Shown here in pieces: positions 19,323 through 29,379 of a stretch of DNA of 64,000 nucleotides. The notes under the pieces were generated by a model. The model was not told where the DNA came from, did not search any database, and saw nothing but the letters and a program-made list of their open reading frames with translations. The DNA comes from Candidatus Pacebacteria bacterium CG2_30_36_39. Its GTDB lineage: Bacteria > Patescibacteriota > Microgenomatia > UBA1400 > PJMF01. A program made the position numbers and the translations under genes. The DNA lies in NCBI GenBank assembly GCA_001873435.1, contig MNZB01000003.1:206031-270030 (forward strand). Direction: 5' to 3'. The first letter of the stretch is position 1; each line of letters starts with the position of its first letter.

Positions 19323-19328
19323 ATTTAT

Positions 19329-19481
19329 ATGGAAAAAAATCAATCAACTATTGGAGATTTGTGGAAAATAAGTGATCAGAAAAATCTAGAAATATTAGAA
19401 AATCCTCTTAAAGATCCATTACATTTTTTAAGGTTAGTTCTTTTTTACGGGATGACCAAAAAAGATTTTCAAAAAGAATAA
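19329..19481 (+). CDS. Putative 50-aa protein
   Basis: MEKNQSTIGDLWKISDQKNLEILENPLKDPLHFLRLVLFYGMTKKDFQKE fills the gap between the CDF gene and the tRNA. Confidence 0.35.
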   Translation: MEKNQSTIGDLWKISDQKNLEILENPLKDPLHFLRLVLFYGMTKKDFQKE

Positions 19482-19496
19482 CTCAGTTTAATTGTG

Positions 19497-19567
19497 ATGC
19501 CCGGCATGGATTCGAACCATGATTGAAGGCTTCAAAGGCCTCTGTCCTGCCATTAGACGACCGGGCA
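19497..19567 (-). tRNA. tRNA-Gln(TTG)
   Basis: Acceptor TGCCCGG/CCGGGCA, anticodon arm GAGGC-CT-TTG-AA-GCCTT, GTTCGAATC T-loop. Confidence 0.95.
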
Positions 19568-19612
19568 TTATGTTATAGAACTTTGATATTCTAAGCTCTA
19601 ACAGCTATTTTC

Positions 19613-20374
19613 TCAAGGCTTACTCAGAATTTGGTAATTATTCAGATTTCCAGATTTTCCATCAGCCGTATACTCTTTTTTTAATACCAAACTAGTTTGT
19701 TCAATTAATTTTTTTGCTTCCCCCTCATTGGTATAATGACAATAACGATAGGCAGTCAAACCCCTTTGCCAATCCAAAATATAATCATTTTCCTCGATTT
19801 CATCTGGATCAATTTTAGCTAAAGTAGGATGAATTTGTTTTTTCTCAAAACGCTTCTCATTCAAAAATCTCCACGCTGTAAAAACTAAAAGACCACCATC
19901 GGTAAGACGTTCAGCCAGAGCATTAAAAAGCTTTTTTCTCAAAGCAAAAGAAGGAATGTGATGCAAAACTCCAAACAAAGTAATAACATGATATTTTTTT
20001 AACGGCAAAATATTCGTTAAATTATCATTGATCAAAGCATCAATTAGATCAATATAAAAAAGATTTTTTTCAAAAGACTGCTTTTCCAACCTGCTTTGAG
20101 CAAAAGCCAAAAGCTCTTTGCTATTATCTCCACCATGATAAACAAGTTTTTTATGAACCCCCTCTTTTTGCAAAAATTCTGCAAACCTACCATTGCCACA
20201 ACCCAAGTCTAAAACCTTTAATTGAGAATGACTCTTCCCCAACTCAGTCAAAGGACCAACCAATTCTTTCCAACCTTGCCAATAAAAACTGCGAGTCTTA
20301 CTAAACTCCTCAGCTGTAATTTGATAAAAACGCTGATTTAAACGATTAAGCTGGAGGACGGTTTCCTGTTTCAT
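19613..20374 (-). CDS. Class I SAM-dependent methyltransferase
   Basis: VLDLGCGNGR, FSKTR, GVLHHIP; divergent from elp3. Confidence 0.88.
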   Translation of the reverse strand: MKQETVLQLNRLNQRFYQITAEEFSKTRSFYWQGWKELVGPLTELGKSHSQLKVLDLGCGNGRFAEFLQKEGVHKKLVYHGGDNSKELLAFAQSRLEKQSFEKNLFYIDLIDALINDNLTNILPLKKYHVITLFGVLHHIPSFALRKKLFNALAERLTDGGLLVFTAWRFLNEKRFEKKQIHPTLAKIDPDEIEENDYILDWQRGLTAYRYCHYTNEGEAKKLIEQTSLVLKKEYTADGKSGNLNNYQILSKP

Positions 20375-20394
20375 TGATACAATACACTTCCTAA

Positions 20395-22218
20395 ATGAAG
20401 AAACATCTTAATTATACCGATCATCTAGCACAAGTGGTAGCCATTTTGAAAGAAATAGAAAATTCACCACGCATTAGTGCCAAAAAACTAAGTCAGCTCA
20501 CCAAAAAACATCCTTTGACTGATGGCGATCTATTATCTAAAACCCAATTAATTGAAGCATATGCAGAGCTAGCTGGAAAACATGGTTTGGCAGATTTCAA
20601 CGAATCGGTGATCAAAAGAATCATGATGAAGCCAGTTAGAACGCTCTCTGGCGTAGCTCCAGTCACTGTTCTGACTAAGCCATTTCCCTGTCCAGGAAAA
20701 TGCATTTTTTGTCCCAGTGATGTACGCATGCCCAAAAGCTATTTAAGCGACGAGCCAGGAGCTCAAAGAGCTGAACGCAACTATTTTGATCCATATCTCC
20801 AAACCTATAACAGACTCACTGCCCTACATGCAATGGGACATACGGTTGATAAAGTTGAGCTAATAATTTTAGGTGGAACCTGGTCATATTATCCAGAAAA
20901 TTATCAAATTTGGTTTATTAAAGAATGCTTTAGAGCTTTAAACAATTTTGAAGTCAAAGACGACAGAAAAATAATTCGTGAGCAATACAAAAAAATACAA
21001 CAGGATTTAGAAAAAAATAATCAACACGTAAGAAGCGATAGTCCTGAAGAAAACAGAGAACGTTTTTCCGATGCCTTAATCTCTGGTGCTGATCTTATAA
21101 AACCATACAACCAAACCGTAGCTGATTTCTATATTGCTCCAGAAAAAAAACTTGGCATCGACAAATTACAAACCGCTACTTGGGAAGAATTAGCTAAAGA
21201 ACAAAAACAAAATGAAACTGCTAGTATTCGCAACGTAGGCCTAGTAATCGAAACCAGACCAGACAATATTTCTGAAAAAGAAGTCTTAAGAATTCGCAAA
21301 TTAGGTTGTACTAAAACACAAATTGGTTTGCAAAGCACCAACGATGAAGTCTTAGAAAAAAACCATCGAGGACATAATGTCGATGCCACTCGTAGAGCCT
21401 TCAAGCTACTGCGCCAAGCAGGCTTCAAAATTCATGCTCATTGGATGGCAAATCTCTATGGCTCAAATCCAGCAGCAGATAAAAAAGATTTTGATCACTT
21501 ATTTACTGGTAAAGATTTCTATCCAGACGAACTCAAAGTTTACCCTTGCTCATTGATTGATAGTGCTGAACTAATGCAATACTACCAAAAAGGCTTATGG
21601 CAACCATATTCTCACGAAGAACTTTTGGGAGTATTAGAACATGTGTTAGAAACTACTCCATCCTATTGTCGTTTAACTAGAATTATTCGCGACATACCAT
21701 CACAAGACATTGTGGTAGGAAACAAAAAAAGCAATTTTAGACAAATAGCTGAACAAGGAATTAAAGACAAGGGAATTATCTCTCATGACATCAGATCTCG
21801 TGAAGTTAGAGGTGAAGTATTTGACCCAACTAAAGCAGAGCTAAAAACTGAAAAATACAGCACCTCAATTAGCGATGAAGAATTTTTACAGTTCATAGTA
21901 CCCACTGAAAATGGTGAAAAACTTCTTGCTTTCTTAAGACTTAGTTTTCCCAAAGAAAACTTTATTCCAGAATTAAAAACTAGCGCCATCATTCGTGAGA
22001 TACACGTTTATGGTCGAGCTTTGCAAATTGGTAAAAAAGGTTTAAAACATGCCCAACATTTTGGTTTTGGTACACGCCTAATAGAAGAAGCAGTTTTACG
22101 AGCGAAAGACCAAGGCTATCAGGATTTAGCAGTTATTTCTGCGATAGGCACTAAAGAATATTATCGTAAAAAAGGCTTTACTGATGGAGAGCTTTATCAA
22201 CATCGAGAATTAAAATAA
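20395..22218 (+). CDS. elp3: Elp3 radical SAM/acetyltransferase (tRNA U34 modification)
   Basis: RTLSGVAPV, CPGKCIFCP, GGTW, ETRPD, IIREIHVYG, QHFGFG, VISAIG. Confidence 0.93.
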   Translation: MKKHLNYTDHLAQVVAILKEIENSPRISAKKLSQLTKKHPLTDGDLLSKTQLIEAYAELAGKHGLADFNESVIKRIMMKPVRTLSGVAPVTVLTKPFPCPGKCIFCPSDVRMPKSYLSDEPGAQRAERNYFDPYLQTYNRLTALHAMGHTVDKVELIILGGTWSYYPENYQIWFIKECFRALNNFEVKDDRKIIREQYKKIQQDLEKNNQHVRSDSPEENRERFSDALISGADLIKPYNQTVADFYIAPEKKLGIDKLQTATWEELAKEQKQNETASIRNVGLVIETRPDNISEKEVLRIRKLGCTKTQIGLQSTNDEVLEKNHRGHNVDATRRAFKLLRQAGFKIHAHWMANLYGSNPAADKKDFDHLFTGKDFYPDELKVYPCSLIDSAELMQYYQKGLWQPYSHEELLGVLEHVLETTPSYCRLTRIIRDIPSQDIVVGNKKSNFRQIAEQGIKDKGIISHDIRSREVRGEVFDPTKAELKTEKYSTSISDEEFLQFIVPTENGEKLLAFLRLSFPKENFIPELKTSAIIREIHVYGRALQIGKKGLKHAQHFGFGTRLIEEAVLRAKDQGYQDLAVISAIGTKEYYRKKGFTDGELYQHRELK

Positions 22219-22261
22219 TTTTCCTCTATTATTTTTAGGTTTTTTTCGCTACTGTGAAAGA

Positions 22262-22828
22262 GTGAAAATATCTTTAAAAAGCAAAAGTTTTTATTCCCTA
22301 CTTTCACTAGTATTTATTGCCATTTATTCCCTATTTCAACTTTTTCAGGAACACTTTGTCCTAGGTGATGCAACTCAAAAACCATTAAACGACGAAGTAC
22401 TAGTTACCAGAGTAGTTGATGGAGATACTTTTGAAATTGAAAGCGGTGAAAAAGTTAGATTAATCGGCATTGATGCTCCAGAAACAGTCCACCCACAGCA
22501 ACCAGTTGAGTGCTATGGGAAAGTTTCTAGTGAAACACTGAAGAAATTAATCGAGGGTAAACAAGTAACTATGGAGAAAGATGTGAGTGAAACTGATCGC
22601 TATGGTCGACTACTACGCTATGTCTATATCGATGGCCAGAGTATCAATGAGTTCTTAGTTCAAGAGGGTTTTGCCTATGCTAGCTCATATCCACCTGATG
22701 TAGCAGAACAAACAAAGCTCAAAGATTTGCAGCAACAAGCAATGGTATCTGGTAAAGGTTTGTGGGGTACTTGTGAAGTAAATAACTCACAAGAAATAAA
22801 TGATTTTTTAAAACAAAAATCTTTTTAA
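22262..22828 (+). CDS. Thermonuclease (SNase-like) with N-terminal anchor
   Basis: VVDGDT, VRLIGIDAPE, DRYGRLLRYV. Confidence 0.93.
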   Translation: MKISLKSKSFYSLLSLVFIAIYSLFQLFQEHFVLGDATQKPLNDEVLVTRVVDGDTFEIESGEKVRLIGIDAPETVHPQQPVECYGKVSSETLKKLIEGKQVTMEKDVSETDRYGRLLRYVYIDGQSINEFLVQEGFAYASSYPPDVAEQTKLKDLQQQAMVSGKGLWGTCEVNNSQEINDFLKQKSF

Positions 22829-23169
22829 TCGTTCATTCCAAAACGGTCGCGAGTAAATTTGAGTTTTTTACGCATCACCTGTTCAACATCAATATCTAAT
22901 TCATTAGCCAATAGGATAAGTGAACCCAAAACATCAGCAAACTCATCTTCCATGTTTTCACGACTAAAAGCTGCAATTTTTGTATCACGAGCAAGGTTCA
23001 TACTAGTTAGAATTTCATCAGCCAATTCACCTAGTTCTTCAACCACCTTCATGGTTCTAGCAAAAATTTGTTGATTCTTATCTTTCAAAGGCCAGCGAGT
23101 GTTTAAAAATTCACCAACCTCTTTATATTCTTCAACCAATTTATTAATAGTTAAATCATTATTATTCAT
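22825..23169 (-). CDS. MazG-like nucleotide pyrophosphohydrolase
   Basis: EELGELA...EDEFADVL. Confidence 0.85.
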   Translation of the reverse strand: MNNNDLTINKLVEEYKEVGEFLNTRWPLKDKNQQIFARTMKVVEELGELADEILTSMNLARDTKIAAFSRENMEDEFADVLGSLILLANELDIDVEQVMRKKLKFTRDRFGMND

Positions 23170-24514
23170 GAGACATATATTTTAGCACATTTTCCCCTAC
23201 TCCCAGATAGTGCTGAAGATTACTTGACTGATTAACATAATCAAAGATTATTTTTTGTTGTTCAACTGTTGTATTAATATATTTATTATGTTTAATTTTT
23301 TGACGGATTTTTTGTTTAATTAACTCGCAACTTGGACTGCAATATTCACAAGCCGCACAAGAAAAATTAGTATAAGTTTTTTCACCAAAAAAACTAAGGA
23401 TCTTTTGATGATGACATTTTTTAGTTGCAAAATATTCAATCATTACGTCTAAAGCCTGATTATTTTTATTAAGTTTTTGTTGAACAACAATATCGCTAGG
23501 ATGAATAAGTAATTCACAAAAAGACAGTTTTCTATCTCTACCAGCCCTACCTATTTCTTGCACATAATGTTCCAAACAAGCTGGTAATTGAGCATGAATA
23601 ACAAATCTCACATCACTTTTATCTATGCCCATGCCAAAGGCATTGGTAGTGACCAACAGTTTAATTTTCCCACTTAAAAATTTATTCTGTACAACTTGTT
23701 TTTCTTCAGGTTTTCTTCCAGCATGAAAGTAATCTATTTTTAATTGCTTCTCAAAATCAAATTTTTTTAGAGCCTGAAAAATTACCTCTGTTTCTTTTCT
23801 GGTAATGCAATAAATAATTCCATTTTGTTGTGTATATTTCTTTAATACTAAATAACAAAGATAGAGAAAGCGTTGGTGACGTAATGAAAAATTAGTAATC
23901 TTAATAAAGAGGTTTTTTCGTAAAAAACTACCTGCAAAAGTATTTGTTTTTAAAATGCCAAAAGCTTGCTGTAAATCGTCTATTACTCTTTGAGAGGCAG
24001 TTGCAGTCAGCAAAATTAATTTAACTGATTTGTCCAGTGATTCAATGAAATTTGGCAATTGTCTGTAGGCAGGTCTAAAGTCATGTCCCCAAAGAGAAAA
24101 ACAATGGGCTTCATCTATAGCAATTAAAGCTGGAGGATTTTCTTTAATTATTTGATTGAATTTTTTTGAAAGCAATTTTTCAGGAGAAATATAGATAAAT
24201 TTATCTTTAATGTTGGCGAAAGTTTTTGAATCAAAAGGATTTAGGCTATGAATTGCTCTAGCTGAAATATTATTTTGTTTTAAATGTAAAACTTGGTCGT
24301 CCATTAGCGCAATTAATGGTGAAATAACTAAGGTATAGTCGTTTAGGTATAGACCTGGAATTTGGTAACAAATTGATTTGCCATAGCCAGTTGGCAAAAG
24401 GGCAAGGGTTTTTTTGTTTTCTAGAACAGTTTTAATGATTTGGTCTTGAGGTTTGCGAAATTCTTTAAGTTTAAAAAACGTATTTAAGATGTTAAGTATT
24501 TTTTGGTTTTCCAT
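23162..24514 (-). CDS. recQ: RecQ-family DNA helicase, short form with no evident HRDC domain
   Basis: PTGYGKS, DEAH, WGHDFRP, TAT, FGMGIDK, QEIGRAGRD and a Zn module. Start taken as MENQK. Confidence 0.9.
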   Translation of the reverse strand: MENQKILNILNTFFKLKEFRKPQDQIIKTVLENKKTLALLPTGYGKSICYQIPGLYLNDYTLVISPLIALMDDQVLHLKQNNISARAIHSLNPFDSKTFANIKDKFIYISPEKLLSKKFNQIIKENPPALIAIDEAHCFSLWGHDFRPAYRQLPNFIESLDKSVKLILLTATASQRVIDDLQQAFGILKTNTFAGSFLRKNLFIKITNFSLRHQRFLYLCYLVLKKYTQQNGIIYCITRKETEVIFQALKKFDFEKQLKIDYFHAGRKPEEKQVVQNKFLSGKIKLLVTTNAFGMGIDKSDVRFVIHAQLPACLEHYVQEIGRAGRDRKLSFCELLIHPSDIVVQQKLNKNNQALDVMIEYFATKKCHHQKILSFFGEKTYTNFSCAACEYCSPSCELIKQKIRQKIKHNKYINTTVEQQKIIFDYVNQSSNLQHYLGVGENVLKYMSHE

Positions 24515-24576
24515 ATTGGCAAAATTGTATGAAATCTTCCTTGCAAGAAACCAGATCATGATGAATAATAGGAAAC

Positions 24577-25035
24577 ATGAAAGATTCAATTAACTTGCTA
24601 GAAAAATATAAAAACTGGGTTATGGGCTTGGCAATTTTTGGCGTTGGCTTGGCTTCTTATCTTTTTTATGAATATCTAATCCAAGATACAGCTGGAATTT
24701 GTAATATTAATGCTGTTTTTAATTGTGCTCCTATTACCACTGGTTCTTTAGCAGAGCTTTGGGGAATTCCTGTGGCCTTAATAGGTTTGGTTGGTTATGT
24801 GGTAATCTTTTTAACTGCTAAATTCAAGAGCTTTAAATGGGCGTATTACATGGCTGTTTTTGGAATGGTTTTTTGTTTAAGATTAACTATTCTTGAGATT
24901 TTTGTAGAGCATGTTTTATGTCCAATCTGTATGGCATGCCAGGCAGTAATGTTAGTTGAGTTTATTTTAACTTATCAATTAGCTTTTCCTGAAAAGGTAG
25001 GGTTAAAATCCTCCCAAGAAAAGAAAACTAAGTGA
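24577..25035 (+). CDS. Vitamin K epoxide reductase (VKOR) family protein
   Basis: CNINAVFNC loop cysteines, GIPVALIG, CPIC. Confidence 0.9.
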   Translation: MKDSINLLEKYKNWVMGLAIFGVGLASYLFYEYLIQDTAGICNINAVFNCAPITTGSLAELWGIPVALIGLVGYVVIFLTAKFKSFKWAYYMAVFGMVFCLRLTILEIFVEHVLCPICMACQAVMLVEFILTYQLAFPEKVGLKSSQEKKTK

Positions 25036-25053
25036 TATAATCTCTAAGTCTTT

Positions 25054-25127
25054 CGGAGAGTAGCTCAGATGGCTAGAGTGCACGCTTTGGGAGCGTGAGG
25101 TCGCAGGTTCGAGCCCTGTCTCTCCGA
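25054..25127 (+). tRNA. tRNA-Pro(TGG)
   Basis: CGGAGAG/CTCTCCG stem; CACGC-TT-TGG-GA-GCGTG anticodon arm. Confidence 0.95.
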
Positions 25128-25150
25128 CATTAACATCTCTTGTGTGAAGT

Positions 25151-25234
25151 GCCGCGATGGCGGAATTGGTAGACGCGCGAGACTTAAAATCTCGTTCTAG
25201 CAATAGAGTGTGGGTTCGATTCCCACCCGCGGCA
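25151..25234 (+). tRNA. tRNA-Leu(TAA)
   Basis: CGAGA-CT-TAA-AA-TCTCG anticodon arm, long variable arm. Confidence 0.95.
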
Positions 25235-25240
25235 CAAATT

Positions 25241-25908
25241 TTAATCTAAAATAGGTAAATTATCAGGATCATCTTCTTTTTTAACCAAACAAACAGCAAT
25301 ATAAGTATCTTTATCTGTGTCTTCTGTATTTTCTATCGAATAAGTTATGCTCACATTTTTACTTCTTACAATCTTATACCAGGCAAGAAATTCTTTTTTT
25401 AGAAAAAAAGGAATTTGTAGTAAAGCCATACTCCCATTTTTATTCATTTTCGCCCAAATATTATTAATTAAGAAATACAAAGAATCTAAGCTATCTGGTA
25501 AATCATAAAGAGCTCCTCTAGGCATGGCTAGCACCAGATCTAAGTTATTTTGAATTTGAGACCAGGTTTCTTTATCCAGCAAGTCTCGTTCAATAGTTTC
25601 AAATCTTGAATCTTTTTTCTTTTTCAATTGAACAGCTTGACCTTCATCTAGATTTAGGTCTTCTAGAATTGTTGTTCCACCAAATAAGTTTATGCCTTTA
25701 GTAGTCCCTTCTTTTGTTTAATTACATCAACCACATCAGCAATACTTTTGCCTTTTAATATATTTCTAAAAAAATTATCAAAGGCAATCAAGTTTTCATT
25801 ATCAAAAGTCCAGACATCATTTTTTTCTAATAGACGATCTCTAATAGCTCTTTTTGCTTCTAATAAAGCTAGGAAATTGGATTCAAACCTAGATGACTCA
25901 TTAGGCAT
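25241..25908 (-). pseudogene. Frameshifted hypothetical gene (ORFs 25690-25908 and 25241-25627)
   Basis: The downstream frame stays open back through GTTKGINLFGGTTILEDLNL into the end of the upstream ORF; a one-base shift near 25700 joins them. Confidence 0.55.
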
Positions 25909-25922
25909 ATGACAACGATGTA

Positions 25923-27329
25923 TTAAAGTTTTTCGTACACTTCATAAATATCACCTGCTCCAACAGTAAGAAAAACATCTCCTGGTTGTAGAGTGGAGTT
26001 AAAAAAGTCAGCTAATTTTTCAATAGAACCAAGATTTTTTGCTTTAATCATTGGGTACTTATTAACGATTGCCTCACATAAAAGTGTACTAGAAATTGTT
26101 GAGTCATCCTTTTCTCTAGCAGAAGAAAAAATATCAATCATAACCACTTCTTTTGCCTGCTCAAAAGCATCAACAAAATCTGGAAATAATTGTTTAGTTC
26201 TAGAGTAAGTATGAGACTGAAAAGCAATTACTTTACGAGCATTGGGATACCATTCATTAAGAGCTTGAATGGCAGCTTTAACTTCTTGTGGATGGTGAGC
26301 ATAGTCATCAAAACAATGAACTCCTTTGATAGAGCCTTTATTTTCAAAACGACGAGCTGTAGATCGAAACTTATTTAAGCCATTATTAGTCAGTACTTCT
26401 GGATATAAGGGGGCCACTACGGTAATTGCAGCTAGAGCATTTAGAAAGTTGTATTTACCTGGAATTTGTAACTCAAGATCATAGGTTTCTTCTAGATAAG
26501 TGAATTTTCCGTAAGTTCTTCCCAACTCTGATTTGTATTCAATTAATCTAATGTCCGCTTTTTCGTTTTCACCAAAACTGATTTTTTTAATTTCCAAATT
26601 TTCTACTAATTCCATTAAATTTTGATCATCAGCATTAACGACGAGATAACCACTTGGATTTATCTGTTGAAAGAAAGCTTTATAAACAGATTTAGTGTGG
26701 TTAAAATCAACATAAACATCTGGATGGTCATAACGTAAATTAGTACAAACTGTCGCGTATGGTTTGAGGAAAGAAAAACGAGGAGTAATTAACTCTCCCC
26801 TTTGTGGGGCAGAAGGATCAATAACATATTCATCAGCTTCGGCTACACAATATTCAGATTTATTTTTCCAAGCTCCAGTTTTTTCTAGACCAGGAATATT
26901 ACCTACTCCAACTGAAAAAGACGGTTCTTGTTTTAGATATTCTAAAATCCAAGTGATCATGGCGGAGACAGTTGATTTGCCCCCTACTCCACAGACAGCA
27001 ATGCCTTTTTTTTGATTAAATAAAGAAGCAATAGCTTCTGCTTGTGAAAAAACTGGTAAATTATTTTCTATTGCCCACTGAACTTGAGGATTATTTATGC
27101 CTTGATGAGCAGCGGTATAGACAACGCAATCAATTTCACTAGGTAGTGGTAAAACAAAATTATCAATTTTAATTTGCAAATCTTGGAGAATTTTTTCAGT
27201 AACAAACTTTTGAGTTACATCGCTACCAACAACTGTTTTTCCAGCGTCAATTAACATTTGAGCTAGAGAAGTCATGGCGACTCCTTTAATACCAACGAAA
27301 TAAAAATTAGAAAATTCTAATATGTTCAT
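25923..27329 (-). CDS. murC: UDP-N-acetylmuramate--L-alanine ligase
   Basis: GIKGVAM, GGKST, EADEY, DHPD, DDYAHHP, FQSHTYSRT, GAGD. Confidence 0.93.
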   Translation of the reverse strand: MNILEFSNFYFVGIKGVAMTSLAQMLIDAGKTVVGSDVTQKFVTEKILQDLQIKIDNFVLPLPSEIDCVVYTAAHQGINNPQVQWAIENNLPVFSQAEAIASLFNQKKGIAVCGVGGKSTVSAMITWILEYLKQEPSFSVGVGNIPGLEKTGAWKNKSEYCVAEADEYVIDPSAPQRGELITPRFSFLKPYATVCTNLRYDHPDVYVDFNHTKSVYKAFFQQINPSGYLVVNADDQNLMELVENLEIKKISFGENEKADIRLIEYKSELGRTYGKFTYLEETYDLELQIPGKYNFLNALAAITVVAPLYPEVLTNNGLNKFRSTARRFENKGSIKGVHCFDDYAHHPQEVKAAIQALNEWYPNARKVIAFQSHTYSRTKQLFPDFVDAFEQAKEVVMIDIFSSAREKDDSTISSTLLCEAIVNKYPMIKAKNLGSIEKLADFFNSTLQPGDVFLTVGAGDIYEVYEKL

Positions 27330-28555
27330 TTTCTTTCAAGAGCTTGTTTGACTACTGCTTCTTCATCCCATGGGTATTCGACTGTGCCATAGCACATGCT
27401 TTTTTCTGGGCCTTTGCCAAAAATACCAATTAAATCACCTTTTTTTGCTAGTTTGTTAATAACAAAATCAATAGCTTCTTTGCGATCCGCAATAGAAATT
27501 ATTCTGTTGTGACCAGTTTCTAGCTGTTCTTTCATTTGTCTAATAATTGACCAAACATCTTCTGTGCGAGGATCTTCCGCAGTGAAGACTACCAAGTCAG
27601 CATATTGAAGCCCAACTTGTCCCATCATGGGTCTTTTTAAGGCATCTCTGAGTCCGGCACAGCCATATATGGCGATTAGTTTGCCAGTAATTTTATTTAC
27701 CTTCATGTATTTTTTGAGTGACTTTAATGCTTCTTCAAGAGCGTTGGGGGTGTGGGCAAAATCAATAGCGATGTTTAGTCCTCTTTTGTTTTTTACAAAC
27801 TGCATTCTTCCTTCTACGCCAGGGAAAGATTTTATTCCCTGAGCTATTTCATCTTGTGCCAAACCCAATTGTAATGAAATTTTTGTTACAAGACGAGAGT
27901 TCATTTGGTTGTATGGTTCTAGAAAACGTTGGTCAACTATTTCTCTGATTTTTTTTGGCAAAGGTTCTTCTTGGCTATAGGATACGACTTTGTTTTTTTC
28001 AGTTAAATATTTTCTAATTTTATGAAAAGAACCATCGTCTTGATTTAAAACAACTAGAGGAGCTTTTTTAATAATAAGTGATTTGGCTTCGATGTAGTTT
28101 TGATAATTTAGATGATAATCAAAATGGTCTTGAGTAATGTTGGTGACACCTACAATTGTTGGTTTAATTCCCCAAAGTCTATTTTGATAAGCTCCATGAG
28201 AGGTAAATTCTAAAACTAAAAATTCCATATCTTTTTTAACCATTTTAGCTAAAAACTTTTGTAGTGAATTAGCGTCTGGAGAGGTGACATGAAAACCAGT
28301 ATCAATTTTTTCATCACCAATGTAGGCAGCAACTGTGGAGAGTAGAGCTACTTTTTTTCCAGCATTTTTAAGAACGTGATAAAGCAAGGTTGAAGAAGTA
28401 GTTTTGCCATCAGTGCCAGTAATAGCAATGATTTTTAATTTTCTGGCTGGATTGCGATATTTTAAGGAAGCGATAGCTCCTTTTATTAGGCCGGTTTTGA
28501 AAAAATGATACCAGTATTTTAAACGGTATAAGATTTGTTGCATGAATTTATTCAT
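27326..28555 (-). CDS. murE: UDP-MurNAc-dipeptide ligase
   Basis: ITGTDGKTT, DHFDYH, DFAHTPNAL, GCAGLRD..KR, EDPRTE. Confidence 0.9.
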   Translation of the reverse strand: MNKFMQQILYRLKYWYHFFKTGLIKGAIASLKYRNPARKLKIIAITGTDGKTTSSTLLYHVLKNAGKKVALLSTVAAYIGDEKIDTGFHVTSPDANSLQKFLAKMVKKDMEFLVLEFTSHGAYQNRLWGIKPTIVGVTNITQDHFDYHLNYQNYIEAKSLIIKKAPLVVLNQDDGSFHKIRKYLTEKNKVVSYSQEEPLPKKIREIVDQRFLEPYNQMNSRLVTKISLQLGLAQDEIAQGIKSFPGVEGRMQFVKNKRGLNIAIDFAHTPNALEEALKSLKKYMKVNKITGKLIAIYGCAGLRDALKRPMMGQVGLQYADLVVFTAEDPRTEDVWSIIRQMKEQLETGHNRIISIADRKEAIDFVINKLAKKGDLIGIFGKGPEKSMCYGTVEYPWDEEAVVKQALERK

Positions 28556-28609
28556 TATATCAGTAAAATGTCCTCTGATCTGGAATAATTTATTGTTTAA
28601 TTTGGTTTA

Positions 28610-29374
28610 TTAGGTTAGTTGCGAAAATATCACGATTAGTCCGAGTGCTAAACAATAAATTCCAAACACTGTAAATTGTGATTTATTAATAAGTTTTTTA
28701 AATACAGTTAAACTGGCTAAGCTTGCAAATAAAGTGCTAATGCCTCCTATTACAAATAGTGACCAATGGGGCATGGTAGCTCCATCTCTTATGATATCTA
28801 TTCCTTGAAGTAATAGCGCGCCCATGATGGCTGGAATAGCCAACAAGAAAGTGAAGGTGAAAGCTTGTTTTTTTCCCAGTTTTTGTCCTAAACTAGCTAA
28901 GAGGGTTGTACCAGACCTAGATATTCCAGGGATTAAAGCCAAAGATTGAAATAGTCCAATGATTAAAGCTTTTTGGGGAGTAATTTCAGTTTCTTCTTTA
29001 GGTGATTTCTGTAGTAGTCGATGAGAAAAAAGGTTGTCGATACCGGTAATTAACAGAGCAACTCCAATTAGTAGAGGTACTTGCAGAGCTAATTCCAAAG
29101 TATCTTTAAAAAGAAGTCCAACTATTACTGCTGGGATAGTGGCAATACCGATGAGAAAATATTGTTTGAAGTTGAGTTGGCGAATTTCTTGAAAGAAAAA
29201 TACTAAAATGGCAATTAAGCTCATGCCATGAAGAAAGACGTCAAATGATAAAAGTGGTTCTTGGATACCAAACCAGTTTTGGGCTAAAGCTAAGTGTCCA
29301 GAGCTTGAGACTGGAAGAAACTCAGTTACTCCCTGAAGCAATCCTAGAATAAGGGCTTGCCATGTGTTCATCAT
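28610..29374 (-). CDS. uppP: Undecaprenyl-diphosphate phosphatase
   Basis: QGVTEFLPVSSSGH, PGISRSG. Confidence 0.95.
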   Translation of the reverse strand: MMNTWQALILGLLQGVTEFLPVSSSGHLALAQNWFGIQEPLLSFDVFLHGMSLIAILVFFFQEIRQLNFKQYFLIGIATIPAVIVGLLFKDTLELALQVPLLIGVALLITGIDNLFSHRLLQKSPKEETEITPQKALIIGLFQSLALIPGISRSGTTLLASLGQKLGKKQAFTFTFLLAIPAIMGALLLQGIDIIRDGATMPHWSLFVIGGISTLFASLASLTVFKKLINKSQFTVFGIYCLALGLIVIFSQLT

Positions 29375-29379
29375 AATAA

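Noticed and set aside
16378-19496. Island integrated at tRNA-Gln
   Set aside because: Accessory-looking genes lie by the tRNA 3' end, but I found no integrase and no duplicated tRNA end.
25003-25203. 66-aa ORF, and likewise ORF 62396-62581
   Set aside because: These are translations across tRNA genes.
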